A stretch of 55,147 nt of DNA, taken from an uncultured delta proteobacterium (GTDB lineage Bacteria > Myxococcota > Myxococcia > Myxococcales > Anaeromyxobacteraceae). The stretch is from the NCBI GenBank assembly GCA_963766715.1, contig CAVYBH010000016.1, positions 1-55,147 on the forward strand, in the 5' to 3' direction. Positions 21,080 to 31,276 of this stretch are shown here, in pieces. Position numbers and translations under genes: made by a program. The notes below the pieces were generated by a model. The model saw only the letters and a program-made list of their open reading frames with translations. It did no database searches and was not told the DNA's origin. The stretch's first letter is position 1, and the number at the start of each line of letters is the position of its first letter.

Positions 21080-22876
21080 TCAGGACTTCACGCGCGACAG
21101 GATCTCCCGGAATCGGGGCGAGCCGCGCAGGGCGTCGAGGTCGCTGTCGTGCTCGATCCACTGCCGGGAGCCGCGGCCGGTCCCGACGGCGCGCTCCAGG
21201 GTGTCGAGGGCCAGCTCGAGCTCGCCCGCGTTCGCGTAGCCGCAGGCGACGTTGTAGAGCGTCGCGAAATCGTCCGGTGCGAGCTCGCGGGCCCGGGCTG
21301 AGGAGCTCCATGCCCCGGGCCCGGTCCCCGAACTGGATCTCGGCCCCGCCTCCCATGTAGAGGGCCCGGACGTCGTCGGGGTTGAGCTGGAGGCGACGGC
21401 CCACAGCCTTGCGCGTCAGCGGCGGCGGCCGCGGCGGCGGCGTCGAGGTTTCCTCGACCCTTGTGGGCGGTGACGAGCAACGCGGCCGTGCCGTAGTCGT
21501 CCGGGTCGAGGCGCATGGTCTCCTCGAACTCGCGGGCGGCCTCGTCGAGCCGGCCCTCGCCGAACAGGTGGCGGGCGTAGAAGTAGTGGGCGTGGGGAAG
21601 CGCCGGGTTGAGCGACAGGGCCCGCCGGAACTCGACCTCGGCCTCCTCGGCCCGGCCGGAGTAGGAGAAGACGTTCGCGCGGGAGACGTGGGCCTCGGCG
21701 AGGTCCGGGTCGAGCCGCAGGGCCTCGCCGCTCGCCGCGAGGGCCTCCGCCCGGAGCGTGTCCGCGTTGGCGTCGTCGAGGTGCCACTGGAGGATGAAGT
21801 AGTCGGTGTCGGCGAGCCCGGCGTGGGCCTGCGCGAAGGCCGGATCGAGCTCGATCGCCCCCTTGAACATCTGGCGGGCGAACCGGTAGCCGTTCTCCGA
21901 GAGGCTCATGAGGAACTGCCGCCCCCGCAGGTACATCTCGTAGGCCGGCGTGCTCTGGGTCCCGGCGCGGGTGAGGCGTCCCTCGCCCGCCCCGCCCAGA
22001 TGGGGGCGGAGCGCCCGCACCACGGCCTGGGCAATCTCCTCCTGGATGGCGAAGATGTCGTCGACGTTCCGGTCGAAGGTCTCGGACCAGAGCTGGTAGC
22101 CGTCGGCGCCGTTCACGAGCTGTGCGCTCACCCGCACGCGGTTCCCGGCCTTGCGGACGCCCCCCTCGAGGAGCGTGGCCACGCCGAGGGAGCGCCCGAC
22201 CTCCCGGCCGTCCACGCTGCGCCCCTTGAACTGGAAGGAGGAGCTTCGCGCCGCCACGCGAAGGCCGGGGACGCAGGAGAGCGCGGTGAGGAGCTCGTCG
22301 GCGATGCCGTCGCAGAAGTATCCCTGGTCCTGGTCCGGGCTCAGGTCGGCGAAGGGCAGCACGGCGATGGAGGCGGGAACGGGAGGCCGCGCGGGCGGAG
22401 GCGCGACGCCGCGGCGGGAGCGCATCACCAGGGCCCCGACGGCGAGCAGGAGGGCGCCGCCCGGCGAGCGCCACGCCGAGCCGAGCCTCGCCCGACCCGT
22501 TGCGCCAGACGAAGTACCAGGCGAGCCCGGGTGCGGCGGCGAGCAGGCCCAGCCCGGCCAGCAGGAGCCACACGCGCGAGCCCGCGTCGGCGGGCCGTCC
22601 GGCGGTGCCGGCCGATCGGGTCCTCTCGATGCCCGTCGGGGTGAGGTCGAAGGCCCAGGCGAGCCCGATGGCGACCGGGAACCCCAGGCCGAGCGCCACC
22701 ACGGAGGCGGACAGCACCCACTCCGGCAGGTGGAGCCCGTGCATGACCGGCTCGATGATCTGGAGCACCGCGAAGGAGGCAATCCCGTAGCCGAGCAGGA
22801 CCCGGAAGACGCGGCGCCGGCGGAGCTCGGCGACGAAGTCGCTCACGGGTGCGCGTCCGCCGCTCGTCATCGCCAT
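21080..22876 (-). CDS. Membrane protein with TolB-like/FlgO-type domain and TPR repeats (frameshifts)
   Basis: ELRRRRVFRV N-terminal TMs, SIAVLPFADLSPDQDQGYFCDGIADEL, LLEGGVRKAGNRVRVSAQLV, TPRs AIELDPAFAQAHAGLA, C-terminal HDSDLDALRGSPRF. Confidence 0.85.
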
Positions 22877-22932
22877 TCGCCCCCCCCAGTCGAACCTAAC
22901 GCGCCGGGCGCCCGGGCGCCCGCCCTCGGCCT

Positions 22933-23877
22933 TCAGCCGCCCGGGAGGAGCTCCGCGCGCGCGTCGCGAACCATCCCGTCCACCCACTCGATCACCGCTC
23001 GCACGCGCTGCGACCGGCGCAGGTCGCCGTGCACGAGCAGCCACAGCTCGTGGTTCACCGGCTCGGGCCCCTCGAGCGCCACCAGCTCCGGATCCCGGTC
23101 GGCGACGAAGCGGGGCAGGACGGCCACGCCGATGCCGAGCCGCGCCGCGGCGAGCAGCGAGGCGGTGCTGTTGCACCGGAAGACCACCCGGCGCTCCGGC
23201 GCGACGCGCGCGAGCCAGCGCTCCTGGGGCACGCCCGCCAGGCTGTCGTCGAAGCCGACGAAGTCGTCGCGCTCGAAGTCGACCTGGGGACGCTTCCCGG
23301 TGCGCAGCGCGCGCGAGGCGTAGAGCCGGTAGGCGACGTCCGAGAGCTTCCGGGTCACCAGCCCGGCGTCCCGCGGCCGCCCCATGCGCAGCGCCAGGTC
23401 GGCTTCACGGCGGGTGAGGTCGAAGGTGCGCTGGTCGGCGGCGATCTCGAGCACGAGGCCGGGGTGGCTCTCCCGCAGGCGCGGCAGGGCCGGCACGAGC
23501 AGGTAGGCGGCGATGTGCGTGGCCGTGGTGAGGCGCACGGCGCCCGAGAGCGCCGGGTCGCGCGCGTCGGCGTGGCGCGCCAGCGCCAGCACGTCCTGCT
23601 CCACGCGCGAGGCCAGGTCGGCCAGCTCCTCGCCGGCGCCCGTGCGGCTCCAGCCCTGCGGGCCGCGCTCGAAGAGCTGCAGGCCCAGCTCCTGCTCCAG
23701 CGCGGCGATGCGGCGGGCGACGGTGTTGCGGTCGACGCCGAGGCGACGGGCGGCCGCCGAGACGCTTCCGGCGCGCGCCGTCTCGAGGAAGAAGCGGAGG
23801 TGTCCCCAGTCGAGATGGGCCGCGCGTTCCTGCGCGGGGGGGTGGAGCGCCTGCGCCTTCCGGGGAGCGCTCGTCAC
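22933..23877 (-). CDS. LysR-family transcriptional regulator
   Basis: LDWGHLRFF..ARAGSVSAAARRLGVDRNTVARRIAALE HTH; DLTRREADLALR. Start uncertain. Confidence 0.92.
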   Translation of the reverse strand: MTSAPRKAQALHPPAQERAAHLDWGHLRFFLETARAGSVSAAARRLGVDRNTVARRIAALEQELGLQLFERGPQGWSRTGAGEELADLASRVEQDVLALARHADARDPALSGAVRLTTATHIAAYLLVPALPRLRESHPGLVLEIAADQRTFDLTRREADLALRMGRPRDAGLVTRKLSDVAYRLYASRALRTGKRPQVDFERDDFVGFDDSLAGVPQERWLARVAPERRVVFRCNSTASLLAAARLGIGVAVLPRFVADRDPELVALEGPEPVNHELWLLVHGDLRRSQRVRAVIEWVDGMVRDARAELLPGG

Positions 23878-23907
23878 GCGTAACTCTCCTCATGAAAGGA
23901 GTCGATC

Positions 23908-24153
23908 ATGACCGTCCGTACCGAGTTCCACCCGTCCATACCTGCCGCGCCCGAGGCCCGCAACGCGTCCCCCGCGGCGTTCCCCGCCCTCGCCGGATCG
24001 CGGGCCCGCTCGCGCCACGCCGGCCCCACCGCCCTCGTCCTGGTCTGGGTCCTGGCGCTCGCCTTCTTCGTCTTCGCCATCGCCGTTCCGGCGTCCGTGA
24101 TGCAGCGGCACGTCGAGGCCTCCCAGGTGGCCCTGGCCGGGCAGGGACCCTGA
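23908..24153 (+). CDS. Small single-TM hypothetical protein divergent from LysR
   Basis: AAGGAG RBS, GC-rich third codon positions, hydrophobic ALVLVWVLALAFFVFAIAV. Confidence 0.6.
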   Translation: MTVRTEFHPSIPAAPEARNASPAAFPALAGSRARSRHAGPTALVLVWVLALAFFVFAIAVPASVMQRHVEASQVALAGQGP

Positions 24154-24192
24154 TAGACTGGGCCCTGCACCACGCGGTCCCTGGAGGATGCG

Positions 24193-24378
24193 ATGCCCGT
24201 GAGCAAGAAGCGCAAGAAGGCCGGCAAGCCGGTACAGCGAAGCAGGCCGGTGGTGGCCGAGGCCGGCGGAGCCCCGGTCCCGGAGGACACCGTCGCGCCG
24301 CCGACCAAGGTGGGGCGTCCGTCCAATCCGTTCGTGGCCTTCCAGCAGGCCCGGCGCGCCTCGCAGCGCGGACGGTAG
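24193..24378 (+). CDS. Small basic hypothetical protein
   Basis: GGAGG RBS; MPVSKKRKK start; coding-like codon pattern. Confidence 0.55.
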   Translation: MPVSKKRKKAGKPVQRSRPVVAEAGGAPVPEDTVAPPTKVGRPSNPFVAFQQARRASQRGR

Positions 24379-24395
24379 AGCCGGAGGTGGCGCCC

Positions 24396-24698
24396 GTGCG
24401 CCGCGGCTGGCAGGTCTACCTCCTGCGTTGCGGGGACGGGACGCTGTACGCCGGGGCCACCAACGACCTGATCGCCCGCGTGGAGACCCATTCCACCGGG
24501 CGGGGCGCGCGCTACACCCGCTCGCGGCTTCCGGTGGTGCTGGTCTTCGCGGTGCGCGTGCGGGACCGGAGCGCCGCGCTCCGGCGCGAGGCGGCGGTGA
24601 AGAAGCTCAGCCGCGCGGAGAAGCTGGCGCTGGTGGATTGGTGGCGCAGGGGTCGAGCGGCCGGTACACGGGGTAAATGGTCGGATACCTCCTCCTGA
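24396..24698 (+). CDS. GIY-YIG nuclease, YhbQ/UPF0213-like
   Basis: WQVYLLRCGDGTLYAGATNDL..R...H..GRGARYTRSRLPV, ALRREAAVKKLSRAEK; GGAGG RBS. Confidence 0.88.
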   Translation: MRRGWQVYLLRCGDGTLYAGATNDLIARVETHSTGRGARYTRSRLPVVLVFAVRVRDRSAALRREAAVKKLSRAEKLALVDWWRRGRAAGTRGKWSDTSS

Positions 24699-25709
24699 AC
24701 CTCGGCACCCCGGACGCGCCCACCCCTTCGGCCGTCCGGCGCTACCTGCGCGAGTTCCTCTCGGATCCGCGGGTCATCGACATCCACCCGGTCGGGCGAA
24801 AGCTGCTGCTCGAGCTCGTCATCCTCCCCACCCGGCCCGCGAAGAGCGCCGCCGCCTACGCCAAGGTCTGGGGCCCGGAGGGCTCGCCCCTGCTCACGCT
24901 CTCCCGCGAGCTGGAGGTGAAGGTCCGGGAGGCGATGGGCCCGGGCAGCCTCGTCGAGCTGGGGATGCGATACGGAAACCCGTCCATCCCGGAGGCCATC
25001 GAGCGGCTCCGCCAGGGCGGGGCCACCCGGCTCGTGGTGGCTCCGCTCTATCCCCAGTACTCCTCGTCGGCGACCGGCTCCTCGCTCGAGGCGGTCTTCG
25101 CCGAGCTGGCCCGGCGCCACGTGGTGACGCCGGTGGCGGTCCTGCCGGCGTTCTACGAGGACCCCGGATTCATCGCGGCCTTCGCCGCCGTCGGGGCCCC
25201 GGTGATCGAGCGGGAGCGCCCCGACCACGTGCTCTTCAGCTTCCACGGCCTGCCCGAGCGCCACGTGAAGGCCTCCGACCACTCGGGGAAGCCACTGCCT
25301 CCAGTCGGCCGGGTGCTGCGACGTCATCGGGGCGGCCAACCGGGACTGCTACCGCGCCCAGTGCCATGCGACCGCCCGGGCGCTCGCCGCGCGGCTCGGC
25401 CTCGCGCCGGGCACGTGGAGCCTCAGCTTCCAGTCGCGCCTGGGGCGGACGCCCTGGATCAAGCCCTACACCGACGTGGTGCTCGACGAGCTCGCGAAGC
25501 AGGGCAAGAAGCGGCTCTGCGTCTTCTGCCCGGCCTTCGTCGCCGACTGCCTCGAGACGCTCGAGGAGATCGGGCTGCGGGCCCGGGAGCAGTTCGTCGC
25601 CGCGGGCGGGGAGAGCCTCACGCTCGTGCCCTCCCTGAACGCCAGCCCGGCCTGGGTGGAAGCGCTCGTCGCCCTCCTCCACCGCGCGGGCGGGGCGCCG
25701 CGCGCGTGA
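24677..25709 (+). CDS. hemH: Ferrochelatase (frameshift near 25290)
   Basis: LLNLGTPDAP..VRRYLREFLSDPRV, GMRYGNPSI, PLYPQY, FSFHGLP, FQSRLG..PWIKPYT, FVADCLETLEEI. Confidence 0.95.
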
Positions 25710-27002
25710 CCCGGAAGAAGCGCCCGGTGCGAAACCTGGCCACCGATCTCCGGGGAGTTGCCCGGCTCGCGGTCGAGGCCACCACCGGCGTGGCCGGCAT
25801 CGTCGAGGACATGCAGGGCCCGACGCTGGGGATCGCCGGGCTGGTCCACCGGAGCATCCGCGGCGTGACCCGGCTCGTGGGCGGCAGCGTCGACGCACTC
25901 GTCGCCCCCTTCGTCCCGCTCCTGGGCGAGAGCCGGTCGCGGCCCGAGAGGGAGGCGGTCCTGGCGGTCCTGAACGGCGTCATCGGCGACCACCTGGAGG
26001 CCACCCGGAAACCCGCTCGCCATCCCCATGCGCCTGCGCCGGGGAGGCGAGGTCCTGGAGCTCGACCGGGTGCGCCTGGCCGGGGCCCTCCCCGACGCGG
26101 GAGGCCGGATCCTGGTGCTCGTTCACGGGTCGTGCATGAACGACCTGCGCTGGACCCGCAACGGGCACGAGCACGGCGCCGCGCTGGCGCGCGACCTCGG
26201 CTACACGCCCATCCACCTGCACTACAACAGCGGGCTTCACGTCTCCACCAACGGGAAGGCCTTCGCCGCGATCCTGGAGCGGCTCGTGGAGGCCTGGCCG
26301 GTCCCGGTCGAGGAGCTCGTGCTGCTCTGCCACAGCATGGGAGGGCTCGTGGCGCGGAGCGCCTGCCACGTGGGAGAGCGCGCGGGTCATCGATGGACCC
26401 GCCTGCTGCGGCGGATGGTCTTCCTGGGCACGCCCCACCACGGTGCGCCGGCCGAGCGGCTCGGCAACTGGGTGGACGTCGCCCTGTCGACGGCCCCCTT
26501 CACCGGGCCGCTGGCCCGCCTGGGGAGGATTCGCAGCGCCGGCGTCACCGACCTGCGCCACGGCAGCCTGCTCGACGAGGACTGGGAAGGGCGGGATCGG
26601 TTCCGCCACGGTCCGGATCGCAGGCGCCCCGTCCCTCTTCCACGGAAGGTGAAATGCCTGGCCATCGCCGCCTCGAAGGCGGCGGGGCCGGACGCGCCGG
26701 CGCGGGGGGACGGACTCGTCCCGGTCGACAGCGCGCTCGGGCTCCACCCCGACCCGGCCCGGACGCTCGACCTCCCGGAATCCCATCGGTGGGTCGCCTA
26801 CGGGACCGACCACTTCGGCCTGCTCGACCGGCCGGAGGTCTACGCGCGCGTCCGCGACTGGCTGGCGCCGCCTACGCCACGAGCGGAGGCACGGGGCAAC
26901 CCAGCGACGCCGCGACGGCGCGGACGATCCCGCCCTCGGCCGGAACGACCCGCTGGTCGGCCAGCGCGCAGGCCGCGCAGGCCATCAGGATCCGCGACTT
27001 GA
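25706..27002 (+). CDS. PGAP1-like alpha/beta hydrolase (frameshift near 26010)
   Basis: AVLNGVIGDHL, LVHG, YNSGLHVSTNG, nucleophile elbow CHSMGGLVARSA, LGTPHHGAP, GDGLVPVDSA. The 3' end overlaps the convergent gene. Confidence 0.85.
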
Positions 27003-28709
27003 GCTCGGGCGCGGCCTCGTCGAGGCGCGCCAGCACCTTGTCGAGCCGGTGGGCGTCCACCCGTCCAGGCGGGAGCAGCCGCCATCCCGGAGGCGCCCCC
27101 AGCGAGCCGAGCCCGATCGCCAGCGCTCGCTGGGCGGCGGCCGGGTCGGGCTCCCCGGCCCAGGCCACCGCGCTGAGGAGCTCCAGGCACTCCACCTGGA
27201 CCTCCTCGAGCGTCCAGACCCGGACCGGCGCGGCGCGCCGGGCGCCGAGCAGCGGGGCGAGCCGCCGCTGCACCACCCGCTGGAGGGCCCACTCGAACGG
27301 CGCCGGGCGAGCGCCCTCGGCGCCGATGGCGGCCAGGTCCCGGGCCAGCTCTCCCGCCTGGGCCGGCGACAGGTGGTCGAGCGCCGGGAGCGCGAGGTCG
27401 AGGAGGGCGAGCCGGCTCGCGGAGTCGAGCCCGTCGACCTCCGGCAGCACGGTCCGGACCGCGGCGTCGGCGGCCGGGTCGTTCCGGAAGACGGCCACCT
27501 GGCGGGCCCGGACCTCCCCGTCGCGGTCGAGGAGCAGGGCCGACGCGACGGCCCGGGCGCCGAACGGCTCGCGCGCCATCGCGGTCAACGACGGCGAGAG
27601 CCCGGCCAGGAGGTCCTCGGCGCGCTGGACGTGCTCCGGCCCGGGATGACCCACCGCCGCCGCCGCCGAGGCGGCGAGCGACGGGATCGGCGAGACCGCG
27701 GTGGCGGGAGCGGCGCGACCCGGGGCCCGGGGGAGCCTTCACCCTGCGTGATTCTCCGGATCCGCTCCTCGAGGGGAGGGTGGGTGGCCATCAGGCTGGA
27801 GAGGAAGTCGCCCACGCCCTCCGCGAAGAAGAGGTGCGACGCCTCGGCCGCCTCCGGGGTGGTGAGCCGGGAGCCCTGCTGGCCGATCTTCCCGAGCGCG
27901 CGGGCCAGGCCCCCCGGGTTCCGGGTGAACTGCACCGCCGCGGCGTCGGCCAGGAACTCCCGCTGGCGGGAGACGGCGAGCCGGATCAGGCGCCCGAAGA
28001 AGGCTCCGATGGACCCCGCCACGACGAGGGCCAGGCCGGCCCCGACGAGCCCGGCGCCGCGCCCCTTGCCGCTGCCCCGCCCGGTGTCGCTCCGGAGCAG
28101 GATCCGCCCCACCAGCGTGAGGACCGTGAGGCCCCCCACCATCGCCATGAGCCGGGTGCTCAGGCGCGTGTCCGCGTTCAGGACGTGGGAGAGCTCGTGG
28201 GCCACGACGCCCTGCAGTTCGTCCCGGTCGAGCCCGTCCAGCGCACCGCGGGTGACGGCGACCACGGAGCGCTCGGGCGAGAAGCCGGCGGCGAAGGCGT
28301 TCATCCCGGCCTCGCCGTCGAGCACGTAGAGGCGAGGCACCGGGAGGCCGGAGGCGATGGCCATCTCCTCGACGACGTTGACCAGCCTGCGCTCGGCGGG
28401 ATCCCGGGTCTGGCGGTCGACCGCCCGGCCGCCGAGCATCGTGGCCACGGCATCCCCCCCGCCGGCCGCGAGCCGCATCCCGTGGAAGGCGCTCCCTCCG
28501 AGCACGACCAGCGTGACGATCGCCGCCACGGGCAGGAAGAGCGAGACCGGATCGGTCCCGAGCGCGAGCGAGAGGCCGACGTCGGCCAGCAGGATGGTGA
28601 GGAGCCAGGCCGCGACGAAGAGCACGACCAGCAGGCCGGTGTTCCTCCGGGCCCTGGACTGGGCGTCGAAGAAGTCGAGCGTCCTCCGCGCGGCGGGCGG
28701 GGCCGGCAT
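26872..28709 (-). CDS. M48 (HtpX-like) membrane metallopeptidase with C-terminal extension (frameshift near 27690)
   Basis: DFFDAQSRARRNT, NVVEEMAIASG, NAFAAG, AHELSH, SRQREFLADAAAVQFTRNP, THPPLEERI; next to lemA. Confidence 0.9.
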
Positions 28710-28727
28710 GGCGGTCGACCGGGACGG

Positions 28728-29309
28728 CTAGAAGGAGACCTTGACCGGCTCCCGCTCCGCCGGGGCCTCGATCGCGAAGGACTGCGCCGGCGGGAACCCT
28801 CCGGCCAGCAGCATCCCGGGGAAGGTCTCCCTGGCGTTGTTGTAGCCCATCACGGCGTCGTTGTAGGCCTGGCGCGCGAAGGAGATCCGGTTCTCGGTGG
28901 AGGCGAGCTCCTCCATGAGCTGCGCCATGGTCTGGTTGGCCTTGAGGTCGGGGTAGGCCTCGGCCACGGCGAGGAGCCGGGAGAGCGAGCCGGAGAGGGC
29001 GCCCTCGGCGGAGGAGAGTCCCTGCATGGCTCGAGGGTCCCCCGGGTTCGCCGCGGCGGCGCGCTCGGCCGTGACCGCCGAGTTGCGAGCGGCCACCACC
29101 GCCTCGAGGGTCTCCCGCTCGTGCTTCAGGTAGGCCTTGGCCGTCTCGACCAGGTTGGGAATCAGGTCGTGGCGCCGCTTCAGCTGGACGTCGATCTGGC
29201 TGAAGGCGTTCTTGTAGCCGTTCCGGTGGGTGACGAGACCGTTGTAGATGCCGATCCCGAAGAAGAGCACCGCAGCGGCGATGCCGAGCACGAGCAGGAA
29301 GCCGATCAT
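28728..29309 (-). CDS. lemA: LemA family protein
   Basis: YNGLV..RN...NAFSQIDVQLKRRHDLIPNLVETAK, EAYPDLKAN, TENRISFARQAYND. Confidence 0.95.
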   Translation of the reverse strand: MIGFLLVLGIAAAVLFFGIGIYNGLVTHRNGYKNAFSQIDVQLKRRHDLIPNLVETAKAYLKHERETLEAVVAARNSAVTAERAAAANPGDPRAMQGLSSAEGALSGSLSRLLAVAEAYPDLKANQTMAQLMEELASTENRISFARQAYNDAVMGYNNARETFPGMLLAGGFPPAQSFAIEAPAEREPVKVSF

Positions 29310-29399
29310 GAACCCCTCCCAGGCGCGCAGGCGCGCCGGAGGGAGGATGGCATACCTGGCCGGGGCTGCGAAGCCGACAGGCGGGTGGTAGCGTGACGG

Positions 29400-29783
29400 A
29401 TGCTCCTCCACGTCTCGCTCCTCTACGGCGGCCTCACCGTCCTCCTCGTCACCCTCCTCGGCGGCAACGTCAGCCGGCTCCGGGGCAAGCTCCAGGCCGG
29501 CGTGGGCGCCCTTCCCGCGGACCTGGTGCGACCGCACCGCGCCCACGGGAACGCCGCCGAGTGGGTCCCGCTCTGGCTGGCGCTGCTCGTGGCGCTGGAG
29601 CTGTCCGGCCGGGTGTCGCCCCTCTGGCTGCACCTGCTCGCCGGCGCCTTCTTCGGGGGCCGGGTGCTCCACGCGATCGGGTTCTACCGGCGCTCGAAGC
29701 TCTCGGTGATGGGGATGGTCCTCACCTACCTCGTCATGCTGGTGATGGGGGGCTGGGCGCTGGTGCTCGGGCTGGGCCGCTGA
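29400..29783 (+). CDS. MAPEG family membrane protein
   Basis: RAHGNAAEWVP, GRVLHAIG, four hydrophobic segments. Confidence 0.85.
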   Translation: MLLHVSLLYGGLTVLLVTLLGGNVSRLRGKLQAGVGALPADLVRPHRAHGNAAEWVPLWLALLVALELSGRVSPLWLHLLAGAFFGGRVLHAIGFYRRSKLSVMGMVLTYLVMLVMGGWALVLGLGR

Positions 29784-29872
29784 TCGGGCTCCCCGCCCCC
29801 CGGGTCGAAATATGACCCTCGCCGGCCGGTCCAGGTGTCACCCCGGAAAGCCGGACGACCCAGAGGGGACGG

Positions 29873-30909
29873 ATGAAGGCATTCGTGGCCAGAAGCTACG
29901 GCGGTCCGGAGGTGATGGGCATCGCCGCCATTCCGGAGCCCGTGCCGCGTCGCGGCGAGGTCGTCGTGGAGGTTCACGCGACGAGCGTGAACCCGCTCGA
30001 CTGGATGCTGCGAAGCGGGGTCGTCCACTCCCGGTCCGCGGACGGGTTCCCGATGGTCCTCGGCGCGGACCTCGCCGGCACGGTCATGGCGGTGGGCGAA
30101 GGGGTGACCGGCCTCGTGCGGGGAACCGCGGTCTACGGCACGGCCTCGCCGGTGGCGGGATCGCAAGGGGCCCACGCCGAGCAGGTGGCGGTCGCCGCCG
30201 GGCAGGTCCACCGGATTCCGCCCGGGCTCTCCTACGAGGAGGCCGCCGCACTCCCGGTCGCAGCCCTCACCGCGCTCGACGGCCTCCGGCAATGCGGGGA
30301 CGTACGTGGGAAGACGGTGCTCGTGAACGGCGCCGCCGGAGGCGTGGGTCACTTCGCCGTGCAGATCGCCCACGCGCGCGGGGCCACCGTGACCGCGGTC
30401 TGCGGCATCGCCCAGGCGGCCAGGCTCCGGGATCTCGGCGCGTCGAAGGTGGTCGACTTCGAGGTGGAGGACTTCACGCAGTCGGGACGGAAGTACGACG
30501 TCGTCTTCGATGCCCACGGGGCCCTGGGCGCCGCCTCGGTCGCACGCGTCCTCGCCCGGCACGGGCACCACGTGACGACCCTGCCGGTCCGGGAGGGGCT
30601 CGTCGCGCGTCCCTCTGGCGGCTGGTCCGGGGAGGCCGGACCGTCATCGCCGCCACGCCGCGGGACCGGCAAGAGGACTACGCGGTGCTGGGGAGGCTCG
30701 TGGGCTCCGGCAAGGTCCGCCCCGTCGTCGCCGAGGTGTTCCCGCTGGAACGGGCCGGCGAGGCGTTTGCCGCACAGGAGGGCGGGCGCATGGTCGGCAA
30801 GGTGGTCATCCGGGTGGGCGAGGCCTCCGAGCCGGGAGTCGGGCGGTTCCTCGGGCGCATGTCGACCGGCGCGGGGCGGCTGCAGGGCCCTTCGGCGCAT
30901 CGAAGCTAG
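29873..30909 (+). CDS. NAD(P)-dependent quinone oxidoreductase / MDR family (frameshift near 30610)
   Basis: YGGPEV, VHATSVNPLDW, LGADLAG, EEAAALP, VLVNGAAGGVGHFAVQIA, GKVRPVV...GKVVI. Confidence 0.9.
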
Positions 30910-31208
30910 AGCCGAACCCCCAGGACGAGGCCCGAGCGGCTCGGTGCATCGCGTCAAGAGCGGCGCACCCGGGACCGCCGGCGACGAGATCGCGCTCGAG
31001 CGAGCGGGTGCCGCTCCGGCTCGACGCAGCGTCAGCAGATCTTTGGGTACTTTCAGAATTCACCGGCCGTGCCGGAACTGTCATGGGCGATGTCACGGAA
31101 AATCGTGATTAATTACATGCATAGTAAGCGATATTTACATATTGTTGACGCGAATCCCTACATCGGAGGGTTGATGTCCTACAGCGTCATGTGGCTGAGT
31201 CCGCTCCC

Positions 31209-31246
31209 GTCCCATGAGTGAGTGACGGTGACTCATGGGACATTTT
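31209..31246 (+). terminator. Perfect 11-bp hairpin with short U tract in the leader of the cytochrome lipoprotein gene
   Basis: GTCCCATGAGT (31209-31219), 11 nt loop, ACTCATGGGAC (31231-31241), then ATTTT. Role as terminator, attenuator or operator is not resolved. Confidence 0.45.
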
Positions 31247-31276
31247 CAACCCAGTCCCCAAACTAGGAGCGTGAAG

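Noticed and set aside
21080..22876. TolB-like/TPR protein as an adenylate cyclase or Ser/Thr kinase
   Set aside because: No catalytic domain motifs are present; only TM segments, the SIAVLPF domain and TPRs.
24396..24698. GIY-YIG gene as a homing endonuclease or mobile element
   Set aside because: It is the short stand-alone YhbQ-type housekeeping form, with no intron, intein or terminal repeats.
24677..27649. 990-aa ferrochelatase fusion
   Set aside because: The ORF drifts from HemH through the hydrolase N-terminus into shadow sequence; HemH finishes in another frame at 25709.
30910..31276. Cyclic-dinucleotide (GEMM) riboswitch before the cytochrome gene
   Set aside because: I could not find the GGCAAA / GNRA / CGCAAA core; only a simple hairpin is visible.
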